64,000 bases of DNA from the IMG/VR virus record IMGVR_UViG_3300030101_003884. The stretch is one strand, 5' to 3'. The position numbers and the translations under genes were made by a program. This document shows, in pieces, positions 23,937-34,104 of this stretch (the first letter of the stretch is position 1; the number at the start of each line of letters is the position of its first letter). A model generated the notes under the pieces. That model saw nothing but the letters and a program-made list of their open reading frames with translations, was not told the DNA's origin and did no database searches. The DNA comes from an uncultured virus (IMG/VR IMGVR_UViG_3300030101_003884). Its lineage: Duplodnaviria > Heunggongvirae > Uroviricota > Caudoviricetes.

Positions 23937-25545
23937 ATAGTTTAAAATATTTTCCTAAAGGAAAGTTGTATTGATGATAGGTGCTGAGTAAGTGCAGCGT
24001 TTGTTTAGATCTGGTAGCACCTGTATACCAAACTCTTAACTCTTTTACTTTGTCTGCTAAATTTTTTTTATCATAGTGTGATGGAAAGTTACATTTACTC
24101 GCCAGGACAACATTATCCGCTTCTCCACCTTTTACTTGATGTATTGTATCTATAATTATTTTTGGAGGTAAATTTAAATCCACACCTTCACTCATTAATT
24201 TTTGAAAATACTGTTTATCTTTATCTTTAAATTTTCTTTTAAATACTAAAGACCATGGTCTTTTTTCATCTCGCATACCGCACCTTAAATGTAATTCATC
24301 AAAAGTAAACACTTGATTTGGGTGAGCAAAACTCCACTTTTTACTGTCTGATGACCGGTATCCGTGGTCTATATTTAACAAATACTCATACATTGTAACA
24401 GCTTCTTCTCGTGAAATGCTGCCGCCATTACAAATCTTTTCCCAATAATTAATTGCATGAAACTGGTTTGGGTCAAATGATTTATTATTTTTTTGATCTT
24501 GATAATACAGACCAAGGTCTTTTGCTTCTTGCTGAAGCTCCCTTTTAACATCATTTATTCTAGCCAACACCATCCAATCACCTTCTAAATCCCAAGGTAT
24601 TTTTTTTAAGCCATTCCACCTGTAAATCTTTCCTTCCTTACCGTTTGAATAAAACTCTTTTTCTACTCTATTGTCTCCCATAGAATTCAATAAACATTTA
24701 GAGAAATGATGAATGTTCTTATTTAACCTTACAGATTTTTTTAAAACTAAACTTCTACCAGGAAACGATTGAAAATATTCTACCTCTGCACCGTTCCATT
24801 CATATATTGCCTGGTCATCATCTCCAGCAATATAAACTCTATCAACACCTTTAGATATTTTAACAACCATATCCCATTGTAACGGTGTTAGATCTTGAGC
24901 TTCGTCAACCATCAAAACTTTAAATGGCAATACCAATCCATCGCTAATAAATTTTTCTACCATGTCAGTAAAATCTAATCGATCCGGTGTCCGGTATCCG
25001 TTCTCCAGTTCCATCGTTTTAAATTCTTCATAACCATTGATAATTGATTTGAATTGTTGCAGCCTTACAGCTTTTCTAGATTGTTGTTTGTAAAGCCACA
25101 CAGGATCAACCTTCATGTTTCTTGCTCTGTCGTATATTTGTAAAGACCAATTGCTATAAATTTTTGCATCATCATGGCCGTCTTTGTAATTAACTTTGAT
25201 AGTTCCGTATTGCGTGTGAAACATCAACATGTCAGCTTTTGGATCTAATACGGGAATTTCAGCAAACTGTTGTCGGGCCAGAGAATGTAATGTTCTAAAA
25301 TACTTAAAATCATCTTCGTCATATTCTTTAAATCTTTTTCGAACCCTTGCAACACATTCGTTTACAGCTTTGTTTGTAAATGAGATGTAACAAATCTCAT
25401 CAGGACTGTAACCTTGTTTTAAATAACGCTGCACACGTTTAAGTAAATTTTCTGTTTTACCTGTGCCTGGAGGTCCAAATATTTTAATTGTCTTCCCACG
25501 CAGCTTTTGCTTTAACGAATTTGACATCTTTGTTCTTATGTTCAC
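23902..25545 (-). CDS. Superfamily 1 (UvrD/RecB-like) helicase
   Basis: GPPGTGKT, VDEAQD, AGDDDQAIY, TIHQVKGGEAD, YTGATR. Confidence 0.9.
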   Translation of the reverse strand: MNIRTKMSNSLKQKLRGKTIKIFGPPGTGKTENLLKRVQRYLKQGYSPDEICYISFTNKAVNECVARVRKRFKEYDEDDFKYFRTLHSLARQQFAEIPVLDPKADMLMFHTQYGTIKVNYKDGHDDAKIYSNWSLQIYDRARNMKVDPVWLYKQQSRKAVRLQQFKSIINGYEEFKTMELENGYRTPDRLDFTDMVEKFISDGLVLPFKVLMVDEAQDLTPLQWDMVVKISKGVDRVYIAGDDDQAIYEWNGAEVEYFQSFPGRSLVLKKSVRLNKNIHHFSKCLLNSMGDNRVEKEFYSNGKEGKIYRWNGLKKIPWDLEGDWMVLARINDVKRELQQEAKDLGLYYQDQKNNKSFDPNQFHAINYWEKICNGGSISREEAVTMYEYLLNIDHGYRSSDSKKWSFAHPNQVFTFDELHLRCGMRDEKRPWSLVFKRKFKDKDKQYFQKLMSEGVDLNLPPKIIIDTIHQVKGGEADNVVLASKCNFPSHYDKKNLADKVKELRVWYTGATRSKQTLHLLSTYHQYNFPLGKYFKLYEANYDKQRYV

Positions 25546-27058
25546 TTGTTTTAGGTAATGCTACCACCCAATGTCTAGATTGAATACCTTTAAATTTAGA
25601 CTTAGGTTGCGCACCACCAGTTTCTAAAAACTTCGTACACTCTTTTTCATTCCAATTATAACCCATTTTTTTCATAAAGTTTTTAAAGGTTTCTAATTTA
25701 AATCTCATTTCCAAATCATCTTTCCAAATGTTACCAGAATCTATTTGATCAAATTCTGTAGTATCTTCAACGTCCTCCAAGAATCGTGACATTCTAGAAT
25801 TAAATACATCTTCAAGTTCTTCCTTGCCATCAAAACCTTCCATGTCTTGTTTGTTAGACATCAACTCTTCTAACCAATCTCTATATGGATCTGGATCTCT
25901 TTTAGTGGGTTTCAACGATCTCCAAACTATATCGTAGTTAAGCAGCGCTTCACCAAGCAATTGCTGTTGGTATAATTGTTTTGTTGATAGTCTAATTGAT
26001 TTGCCTTGTATAGGTAATATCCAATAAGGTTCTGGGTAAGAATTTACTTTTGTAAGTTTACCTACTTCAGGTAATGCCTCGTTTTTACCAATACCGTGTT
26101 GTCTTCTTAAACATGTTGCAGATGAACAATGCATTCTTGCAATAGATGTTTTACATTTGTAAGTGTATTCTTTGTTTTCTACACCTTTAAAAATATTATT
26201 TAATTCCTGTGGATGTAGTGGTTCACTACAAACTTTTGGCATCATAACTCTTGTCCAATCTTGATACATTACAGGGTCTGGGTTTATTTTTTTTGCTAAC
26301 ACAGCTACATTAAACATAGCATCATTACGGCCTTCACCTTTTTGTACTTTATTTTTCATAAAATTAACAACACATGGTGGCCAATCTTTTGTTTCGTCAT
26401 CTTGAAATACCTTAAGTTTTTTAAATTGTGCAGGTGTAAGTCTATATTCAGATACAAACTTAAATAAATCTTCTAATTTTATTGAGTTACCATCATTGTC
26501 CATAGCAACTCTAGTTGTCATGTGAGCTTTTTGATATGGTAAATTTACAAAGTTACCTTTTCTTTTTTGATCCCAACTCTCAGGTGTCAAATCAACTTCA
26601 TCCTGTGCAGGATAAATATCTGTAGTAGAATCATTAACACCAAGATCAGATGCAATCTCAATTAATTTTTTACGCATTGATGATGCTGCAACAACACCAT
26701 CAATAAATAAAATTAAATGGAGTCCGTTTGATTTTGATCTGAACGGGATGAGTGGGTACTTCCTTTTCCGTATAATTTGTATAACTTCTTTATGTTGTAT
26801 ATTGTAGCGATCAACATCGATGACCCCCCAACTACATGAATTATCATCTCTGATAGGGACAGATCCATAATATTTTTCTCCTTTTAAATGTTGGATCCAA
26901 TGCTCTTTAGTCATTGGTTCAGGTTCTACCCAATGTCTGAATTCTTGTTTACCGTCTCTATCACGTTTGTGACCAAGAGGTGTTGAAGCACCAAAATATG
27001 TAGAAGAGCCTTGGAAGAGTTCTACAAACTCTCCCAAGGTTTTGTCAAGTAGGTCCAT
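25484..27058 (-). CDS. AEP-family primase(-polymerase) with PriCT-like domain
   Basis: VIDVD, SKSNGLH, GNFVNLPY, GEGRNDAMF. Confidence 0.8.
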   Translation of the reverse strand: MDLLDKTLGEFVELFQGSSTYFGASTPLGHKRDRDGKQEFRHWVEPEPMTKEHWIQHLKGEKYYGSVPIRDDNSCSWGVIDVDRYNIQHKEVIQIIRKRKYPLIPFRSKSNGLHLILFIDGVVAASSMRKKLIEIASDLGVNDSTTDIYPAQDEVDLTPESWDQKRKGNFVNLPYQKAHMTTRVAMDNDGNSIKLEDLFKFVSEYRLTPAQFKKLKVFQDDETKDWPPCVVNFMKNKVQKGEGRNDAMFNVAVLAKKINPDPVMYQDWTRVMMPKVCSEPLHPQELNNIFKGVENKEYTYKCKTSIARMHCSSATCLRRQHGIGKNEALPEVGKLTKVNSYPEPYWILPIQGKSIRLSTKQLYQQQLLGEALLNYDIVWRSLKPTKRDPDPYRDWLEELMSNKQDMEGFDGKEELEDVFNSRMSRFLEDVEDTTEFDQIDSGNIWKDDLEMRFKLETFKNFMKKMGYNWNEKECTKFLETGGAQPKSKFKGIQSRHWVVALPKTSEHKNKDVKFVKAKAAWEDN

Positions 27059-27059
27059 A

Positions 27060-27851
27060 TTAAAATGGAGTTTTTTCTACTTGTTCTTCGTTTTTGTGAT
27101 TAGCTCTCACTGCGCCTTTTTTACATGACTCATAAAAGTCAAAGGCTGCTTTGATTGTTTCTTCGCTCCCCACTTGTCCTGTATGCTCTATCTCCCAGCC
27201 GTACCAAGAACCTAAATTGTTCTTTTCAAGAACAGTTTTAAGTTTATAGCTTTGAGTAAATGGTGCTGGTCTAAAAAAACCTTTACCATCTTTTTTCTTC
27301 GCTCTAAGAGACATCATCATGGAATTCCACTTTTTAGATTTTTTTCTTTGAGTAGATTTCATTGTGATTAAAGCCGTAGAAGATTTATCTGGTTCAACTA
27401 CCATCACATAATGCGAAGCAGTCTCCTCTACATAGTTACCATTTTCCAATCTATCTTTTCCATCATCACCTCTAGTAGTTTTAGACATGATGTCTGAATC
27501 AGATGGATATACATTTACAGGAGCGACAGCACCTTTATCTCTGTCTTTCCATTCAATGTATTCGAGTTTATAAAAGCAAGGAATCACCTCGATACCTTCT
27601 GCTCCATTATACAACTCATTGGTCACAGTATTGTAAATCATTCCTGGTCTTGCATCAGCTATAAACTGACTATCACCTTGTGTGACTTGTGGTGATAATT
27701 GTCCAAGAACTTTAAGAAATGGTAACGCTAGACTTTTTGAATCTACGTTCTCAAATCCTTCGTCACCGAATTGCTCAATATTAATTGATGCAACTGCACC
27801 GGTTTCTTTTTTAATCGATACTTCGTTCGATTGTTCGTCTTTTAGTTTCAT
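27060..27851 (-). CDS. Putative ssDNA-binding/annealing protein
   Basis: LPFLKVLGQLSP; replication-module position; C-terminal PF. Confidence 0.5.
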   Translation of the reverse strand: MKLKDEQSNEVSIKKETGAVASINIEQFGDEGFENVDSKSLALPFLKVLGQLSPQVTQGDSQFIADARPGMIYNTVTNELYNGAEGIEVIPCFYKLEYIEWKDRDKGAVAPVNVYPSDSDIMSKTTRGDDGKDRLENGNYVEETASHYVMVVEPDKSSTALITMKSTQRKKSKKWNSMMMSLRAKKKDGKGFFRPAPFTQSYKLKTVLEKNNLGSWYGWEIEHTGQVGSEETIKAAFDFYESCKKGAVRANHKNEEQVEKTPF

Positions 27852-27862
27852 AGTATTACCTA

Positions 27863-28411
27863 TTATTTGTTAGTTATTTTCGTTTTATTTGCGATGTACA
27901 CACCAAACAAATCAAAAGGCAATTTCTTGCCGTTTTCAACTTGTTCTTTAACAAACGCTTTTAAAGTCATAGGTTCAACTTTTTCTTTTTTATTATAGTT
28001 GAATCCAAACTTTTCACAGACGCTTATTAATTCAGAGACTTGGTTATCTTGTCCTCTGTTAAATGAAGCTGTAACAGTATTTTTGATAAGATCTTCAAAA
28101 CCGTTATGCCTCAAATAGCCGAAGGCCTCGTCAACACGTGACTCAGGAATTTTTGCTGCGTAAAAAGGTTTAACTTCTACAGTCGAACCATCATTTAACT
28201 TCAGCAAAGATACACCAGCTTCCTGCATCATCTCTGGAATTGTTCTCTCCTCTAAATCACGAGCTTTGTTTTTTAGAGTAGATAATTTTTCTTCTTCATC
28301 TTCGATATTTTTTCGAAGACGTTTAAGTTCATTACATTTATCTGAAATAGATCTAACGCTATCTTGGCTAAGATCTATATTAGACATTTTTTCAATATCT
28401 ATTTTTTCCAT
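27863..28411 (-). CDS. Conserved replication-module protein
   Basis: EAFGYLRHNGFEDLIKN...VEPMTLKAFVKEQ; GGAGG RBS. Confidence 0.6.
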   Translation of the reverse strand: MEKIDIEKMSNIDLSQDSVRSISDKCNELKRLRKNIEDEEEKLSTLKNKARDLEERTIPEMMQEAGVSLLKLNDGSTVEVKPFYAAKIPESRVDEAFGYLRHNGFEDLIKNTVTASFNRGQDNQVSELISVCEKFGFNYNKKEKVEPMTLKAFVKEQVENGKKLPFDLFGVYIANKTKITNK

Positions 28412-28450
28412 ATTTCCTCCGCTGTTGTGATTATTTTATTTTCTTGACCT

Positions 28451-29908
28451 TTGCAAGTAAAAAAATATATATGTCTTAAGATGTGGAAATACCCCTATAA
28501 GACAAAGCCTTACGAGCATCAAAAAAATGCTCTTAACGAATCAGCAGAAAAAATTCAATGGGCCTACTTCATGGAAATGGGGACAGGTAAAACAAAAGTT
28601 ACCATCGACAATTTAGCTTTTTTATTTTTTAAAAGAAAAGTTACAGCTGCTCTAATTATTGCGCCTAAATCAGTTTATTTAAATTGGGAGAATGAAATAG
28701 AAACTCATATGCCTGATGTTTTAAAATATAAAATTTACAAATGGAATATTGATAAACCAAAAGATTATTACTCATTAGATAATTTTAAAGACTTAAAAAT
28801 ATTTTTAATAAATGTTGAAGCTCTTTCTACAAAAAGAGGATTTGAAGCCTGTAAAGATTATTTAATTAAAAATAACCTAAACTTTGTAGCGTTGGATGAA
28901 TCAACCACCATAAAAAATAGATCAGCAAAAAGAACAAAGAACATTTTAGGATTGCAAAAATTATCACTGGTAAGGCGTATATTAACAGGATCCCCAATAA
29001 CAAAATCTCCATTAGATCTATATACACAATGTCAGTTTTTAAGTCCAGAATTATTAGGTTTTTCAAGTTATTTAGCTTTTAGAAATAGATATGCTGAAAT
29101 GACAGACATACCCGTGGGTTCTGGTAGATATATCAGCGTACCTAAATATTACAAAAGATTACAAGAGTTAGAAATTAAAATAAAACAATTTGCTACGCGT
29201 ATTCGTAAAGATGAATGTTTAGATTTAAAACCAAAAGTTAGACAAAAAAGATATATTGAACTTGATGGAGATGGTAAAAAAATTTACGAAAAACTTAGAA
29301 CTAACGCATTGGCTATTGTTGAAGACAGCACTATTTCGTTTTCTAATAAACTTACTGAAATTATAAAACTCCACCAAGTATGTAATGGTTTTACTAAAGA
29401 TGATGATGGCCAAATACTTCAATTACATAAATCTAAGTTACATGCGCTTGAAGAAACTCTTGAAGAAATAGATGGCAAAGCAATAATCTGGGCTAATTAC
29501 ATTTACAATATTAATGAAATAATAGAATTCTTAGAGAATAAATATGGTAAAGAATCCGTAGTTAGTATATATGGTGCAGTAGATGTTCAAACTCGTAAAG
29601 AAGCTGTTAGAAGAATTCAAGAAGATCCTAAAACACGTTTTTTGGTGGGTAACCCAACTACAGGAGGGTTTGGTCTTACTCTTACTGCTGTCAATACTGT
29701 TATTTATTTCTCTAATAACTACAACTTAGAAGTAAGAAAACAATCAGAAGACCGTGCTCATAGAATGGGCCAAAAAGGAACTGTTGTTTATATTGATATT
29801 GTTGCAAGAAATACATTGGATGAAGCTATTATGAAGTCTTTAACAAGTAAAGGCCAGATTGCAGCTAAAACATTAGGTGAAGAAGACTTAAGAGACTGGT
29901 TGCTCTAA
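28451..29908 (+). CDS. SNF2-family (SF2) helicase
   Basis: EMGTGKT, LDEST, LTGSP, QSEDRAHRMGQ; likely start MWKYPYK at 28481. Confidence 0.9.
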   Translation: MQVKKYICLKMWKYPYKTKPYEHQKNALNESAEKIQWAYFMEMGTGKTKVTIDNLAFLFFKRKVTAALIIAPKSVYLNWENEIETHMPDVLKYKIYKWNIDKPKDYYSLDNFKDLKIFLINVEALSTKRGFEACKDYLIKNNLNFVALDESTTIKNRSAKRTKNILGLQKLSLVRRILTGSPITKSPLDLYTQCQFLSPELLGFSSYLAFRNRYAEMTDIPVGSGRYISVPKYYKRLQELEIKIKQFATRIRKDECLDLKPKVRQKRYIELDGDGKKIYEKLRTNALAIVEDSTISFSNKLTEIIKLHQVCNGFTKDDDGQILQLHKSKLHALEETLEEIDGKAIIWANYIYNINEIIEFLENKYGKESVVSIYGAVDVQTRKEAVRRIQEDPKTRFLVGNPTTGGFGLTLTAVNTVIYFSNNYNLEVRKQSEDRAHRMGQKGTVVYIDIVARNTLDEAIMKSLTSKGQIAAKTLGEEDLRDWLL

Positions 29909-30556
29909 TTTATTAAATTGCTCAACTCTTTCTAAAAACTTATCTCCATATTCTTTTAAATCAGCCTCAGAAAGTTTAAATTCTTGATATTGTAGTGCTC
30001 TGGTACAAATACTTATTACACCCTGCTCTATGGGCCCGTAATTAGCTGTATGGGCTAAATAATATGCACCCAACTGTAATTTATAATCTTCAACCCATTC
30101 CTCTTTTTTAAGCTTATTTGCTTGTTTCCAATCAATAATGCTTGGTTTTCCGTATGCCATAGCAGTCAAATCACATGTACCTGCGTATTTATTTTGATAC
30201 TCAAGGCTTATTTCATTACCCCATACCTCTTCAATCTTAATATTATCTAAAATTGTTTTTGCCATCATCCTAGGTTTGGCACCTTCTTCCATCGCATTAT
30301 AATATCCTTGACCATTAAGAGTGTATTCTAATACTTGGTGCATCTCAGTTCCAATTGTAGATGCTTGTCTCATAATCCTATCTGCCTCAGCATCTCCGAC
30401 TTTCCTACGCCAGTTGTCTAGAAATCTTTTATCTTTAGTAGCACTTAATATTGTTGTAACGCTTGGAACTTTAATATTATCTACAAGGTATTTACGTCCT
30501 GTAGTATCTGAAAATCTATTGTAATGTTTATAAGGGTATTTCCTTATCAATTTCAT
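29888..30556 (-). CDS. PD-(D/E)XK exonuclease (MGME1/Cas4-like fold)
   Basis: PSVTTIL, GTEMH, YAGTCD, IIDWK, QLGAY. Confidence 0.85.
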   Translation of the reverse strand: MKLIRKYPYKHYNRFSDTTGRKYLVDNIKVPSVTTILSATKDKRFLDNWRRKVGDAEADRIMRQASTIGTEMHQVLEYTLNGQGYYNAMEEGAKPRMMAKTILDNIKIEEVWGNEISLEYQNKYAGTCDLTAMAYGKPSIIDWKQANKLKKEEWVEDYKLQLGAYYLAHTANYGPIEQGVISICTRALQYQEFKLSEADLKEYGDKFLERVEQFNKLEQPVS

Positions 30557-30568
30557 TAGTAGTTAATA

Positions 30569-30745
30569 CTACATATGATTTGAAAGTACAGCTAAAAGAA
30601 TTGCACCTAAGCCGCCAATAATAAATTTTTCCATTCTAGCAATACGCGCTTCCATCCGATCAATTCTATCAAATGTTTGCCTTTGCATCAATCTACAAAT
30701 TTTCTCATGGTTTTCTATTTTTTGTAATGCAGATTTTTTTGCCAT
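30569..30745 (-). CDS. Small coiled-coil protein with C-terminal TM (58 aa, not in ORF track)
   Basis: MAKKSALQKIENHEKICRLMQRQTFDRIDRMEARIARMEKFIIGGLGAILLAVLSNHM; AGGAG RBS. Confidence 0.65.
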   Translation of the reverse strand: MAKKSALQKIENHEKICRLMQRQTFDRIDRMEARIARMEKFIIGGLGAILLAVLSNHM

Positions 30746-33700
30746 TATGTTTGTCTCCTTGCTGCTATTTGTGCACTTAGTGGATCGTTTGGAAATAATG
30801 CAGATACTTGTTGCGGTGTTACTTGTCCGGTAGCCGGTTGCATTTGTCCTTGATTTATTGGCATTTGTTGATTCACAGGCGAAGGCTCACCACCAGGTTC
30901 AAGTTTATTAGCTTGTGAAACTGGTAAGAATGTAGAATTAAATTCATTTTGTGCAATTAAACCTCCTTCAATAAAATTTTCTTCTTCAGCTTGTTCTTCT
31001 TCTTTAGGAGCTTCCATAACTTCTTCATCGTACATTTGCTGAATAGTTTTCATAGGTACATTACCTGCATTGTTTCCATAATTAGGTTTAATCATTTCAA
31101 CATTTTTTTGGTTTAAGTATTCTGTAATTCTTTTTAGATCTATGTTTTTTGGATCAACAGGTACATAATCATCATCATCACCAAATGCTTTATTCATAAA
31201 TCTAGCAAAAGCTTCTCTTTTTGTTCTAAGACCTGCAAGGTAAGCTTTAGGATTAATTACACCTGCTTGTGTTGTGCCAAAAGCTTTCCCACCTTTCAGT
31301 ATAGCTTCTACTTCTTTCGGAGTAAGGACATCATTTATCTGTCTTAATAAATACGGATCAGATAAAATTTTACCTGCTCTTAATGCAGTTGCGAATAATA
31401 TAAATGGTGCAAGAGGACTAGCTGCAGCTGAACCGCCAAAACCTAAAGCAACACCAGCAAGTGAACTAGCACCCCCGAGAGTCAATCTTCTTTGAATAAA
31501 TGAAGATGAGTTTGTTATTGGAATATCTGTAAGTCTTTTAGAATATTCAACAAAGTCTTCTAAATGTTGTCTTGCTGTAGCACCTTTACTACCGCCACCA
31601 TACATCTCTTCAATAAATTTTTTTACGTCAATTGTTGGATCATCTAATCCTAAAATATTTCTAAATGTTGTGCCATCAAAATCTCTATAGTCATCAGGAC
31701 CAAAACGTATGCTCGTCACATCTTCTAAACCATCTGCAGTAATACGTGAACTTATTTCACCGCCCTGACTTGCTAATGCTTGTTTGGTTCCAACGTTTTC
31801 CATTGCTTCGTAAATATCATCTACACCATTTTGAAATCTAGGATCAGCTTCAAGTTTTCTAAAAGCACCATTTTCAAAAGGAGCACTGAAAGGCATTCTT
31901 GCTTTACCAAATAAACCTGCGTTTATTGGTTTGGATTTAAACGAAGACATAAACGCATTGTGCATAAATCTTGCAACAGATGCTTGATATAATTTTTCGC
32001 CTGCTGCAGAGTAACCTGCAAATCCTGGTTGTGCACCAATCATTTTTCTAAACTCACCTAACGCTGCTGGACTTCTTGATTTAAACACAGCTGTTTGTAT
32101 TTTTTCAAACAGTTTATCTTTTGGAAGTGTTGCAGCTCCTGGAATATTAAATAAAGTTTTTTGAGTAAAAAGTGATTTGTCAAATTTACTTAATGCACCA
32201 ATCGCAGTTGTACCTTCTTTTCCAGTATAAAATTTCATTATTCTTGAAAATACTTCGTTTGCATCCTTTAAAGAATTGTGCATTTGTGAGCCTGCATTGA
32301 TAATACTATCAAGTGTATCTTTACCCCCTTGTGTTTTAGCAATTTTTGCAGCAGCTCTAGCTGTTAAATCGTCAGTTACATCTATACCTTCTTTTAAAAT
32401 AGCTTCTTCTGCTTCTTTTAAAGCTGTATTGTAAGCTTGTTGTCCTGTAGGTATAGCTCCAGACTCTGCTAATCTTGCAGCAGCTAATTCTGGTGCCATT
32501 ATTCTTGCAACGTCTCCACCACCTAATTCTATCATTCTTTGTTGTATAGCTTTGTTTTGTAATAATGATGGAACATTTAATTCTTTCAAGAAACCATGAG
32601 CATCTTTTTCTAATGCCTCTCTTATTGCTGCAACAGATTTATTAACTGTTTGATACCTTGTTTGCTCTAATGCTTGGTTAAGCATCATAGTCATACCTTT
32701 ATATTGATTAAATGAAATAGGCTCTCCTCTTGCAACAGCGTTAGAAAAATTCATAAATTGAGCTAGTGGGTCTTGAAGTCCTGCCATTTCTTGAACTGCT
32801 TTAAAATCAAACGCTTGTCTATTAACTGAACCACTCGTTGCTCTCTGAAAGGCTTGAGCTATATCAGGAAATTGTGCAGAATTTTGCCTTAAAAAATCCT
32901 CTGTCGCTTTTAGTGTTTTGGGTAATTTTAAAATAGCTGGATCTCCTGCGACTGTGTTTAATGCAAAAAATTTATCGTAAGCATCATCAATTGTACCCAC
33001 ATTTTTTTTAAATGTTTCTACCGCTTGGTTATAAAGTCTCTGTGATAAGAATGAATGTGAATATATTGGTGCAATCGTTGCTATATTAGAATCTAAAAAA
33101 CCTTTTGAAAAAACTTTTTCAGCTGACAACATTCTTTTATCCATAGTTTTAGATATGTATGGGAACACCCCAACTGTTTTGAAATATGATTGACCTAGAC
33201 CAGATAAAGGACCATCTCTCATGGCAGCAAGTAATGGTATCTCGTATCCGTTGTCCCGTGCAAATTTTGCAATAGCTTTTTGATATTCTCCAGTTGTACC
33301 AAAAGCAAAATTAAGAAATTTACCTGAAGCCATTAATAAAGGTGTAAGTGCTGCAGCTCCAAAATTAAACAAAGCCGCGTTTTTAGCTTCTACCATCGCT
33401 CTATCTACAATGTTTAATTTATCAATATCTTTTTTAGGCATGTTACCTAAGTCCTCTAATAAACTATCCATTAAAGATGGTCCTACTGTTTTATTCATTA
33501 AATCATATGCAACAGATCCACCACCTGCACCAAGTGTTCCTGCTCCTGCAACTGCAAGCTCACCTCTTCCAAGTGGACTTCTAACAGCTCTTTCACCTAA
33601 GTCTAATGTTTTTCCTGCAAGTTGTGCAGCACCTTTTAAAAATCTATATCGTCCAGGTAGTTTGTTTGCTAATTTTTCAAAAAAAAATTTCTTACCTTGA

Positions 33701-34104
33701 GTAAGTTTCATTCCTGTCATACCAGTTTGTTTATAAGCATCAGCAATCTTGTCTCTCATATAGTTTGCTGCCATAAATGAAGCTGATAAGTCTCCTGCTA
33801 ATACAGCACTACTTCTACCAGATAGTAAAAAGTCAGCTCCTGGAACTGAAGACTCATCCATGCCAAGATAAGCACCAAGTGGATCTTGAGCTACAGTTTC
33901 TTGTTTAGCTAAATCTTCTCTAGCTTGTGTTCTTTCTTTGTATATTTCTTCTAAAGGTTTTGATTTCAAAACTTTAGATTTTATAAGTTTATTTACTGCT
34001 CTAAGCTGTAGTGGGTTTAATGTTTCAGGTGCGAAAGTATTATCATCAATACTTTTTTGAAGTCCTGCTACAAATTCTTTTTGTTGTGCATTTAATTCAG
34101 CCAT
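30745..34104 (-). CDS. Large internal virion/DNA ejection protein
   Basis: 1119 aa, Ala/Gly-rich helical, last of ejection cluster. Confidence 0.65.
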   Translation of the reverse strand: MAELNAQQKEFVAGLQKSIDDNTFAPETLNPLQLRAVNKLIKSKVLKSKPLEEIYKERTQAREDLAKQETVAQDPLGAYLGMDESSVPGADFLLSGRSSAVLAGDLSASFMAANYMRDKIADAYKQTGMTGMKLTQGKKFFFEKLANKLPGRYRFLKGAAQLAGKTLDLGERAVRSPLGRGELAVAGAGTLGAGGGSVAYDLMNKTVGPSLMDSLLEDLGNMPKKDIDKLNIVDRAMVEAKNAALFNFGAAALTPLLMASGKFLNFAFGTTGEYQKAIAKFARDNGYEIPLLAAMRDGPLSGLGQSYFKTVGVFPYISKTMDKRMLSAEKVFSKGFLDSNIATIAPIYSHSFLSQRLYNQAVETFKKNVGTIDDAYDKFFALNTVAGDPAILKLPKTLKATEDFLRQNSAQFPDIAQAFQRATSGSVNRQAFDFKAVQEMAGLQDPLAQFMNFSNAVARGEPISFNQYKGMTMMLNQALEQTRYQTVNKSVAAIREALEKDAHGFLKELNVPSLLQNKAIQQRMIELGGGDVARIMAPELAAARLAESGAIPTGQQAYNTALKEAEEAILKEGIDVTDDLTARAAAKIAKTQGGKDTLDSIINAGSQMHNSLKDANEVFSRIMKFYTGKEGTTAIGALSKFDKSLFTQKTLFNIPGAATLPKDKLFEKIQTAVFKSRSPAALGEFRKMIGAQPGFAGYSAAGEKLYQASVARFMHNAFMSSFKSKPINAGLFGKARMPFSAPFENGAFRKLEADPRFQNGVDDIYEAMENVGTKQALASQGGEISSRITADGLEDVTSIRFGPDDYRDFDGTTFRNILGLDDPTIDVKKFIEEMYGGGSKGATARQHLEDFVEYSKRLTDIPITNSSSFIQRRLTLGGASSLAGVALGFGGSAAASPLAPFILFATALRAGKILSDPYLLRQINDVLTPKEVEAILKGGKAFGTTQAGVINPKAYLAGLRTKREAFARFMNKAFGDDDDYVPVDPKNIDLKRITEYLNQKNVEMIKPNYGNNAGNVPMKTIQQMYDEEVMEAPKEEEQAEEENFIEGGLIAQNEFNSTFLPVSQANKLEPGGEPSPVNQQMPINQGQMQPATGQVTPQQVSALFPNDPLSAQIAARRQT

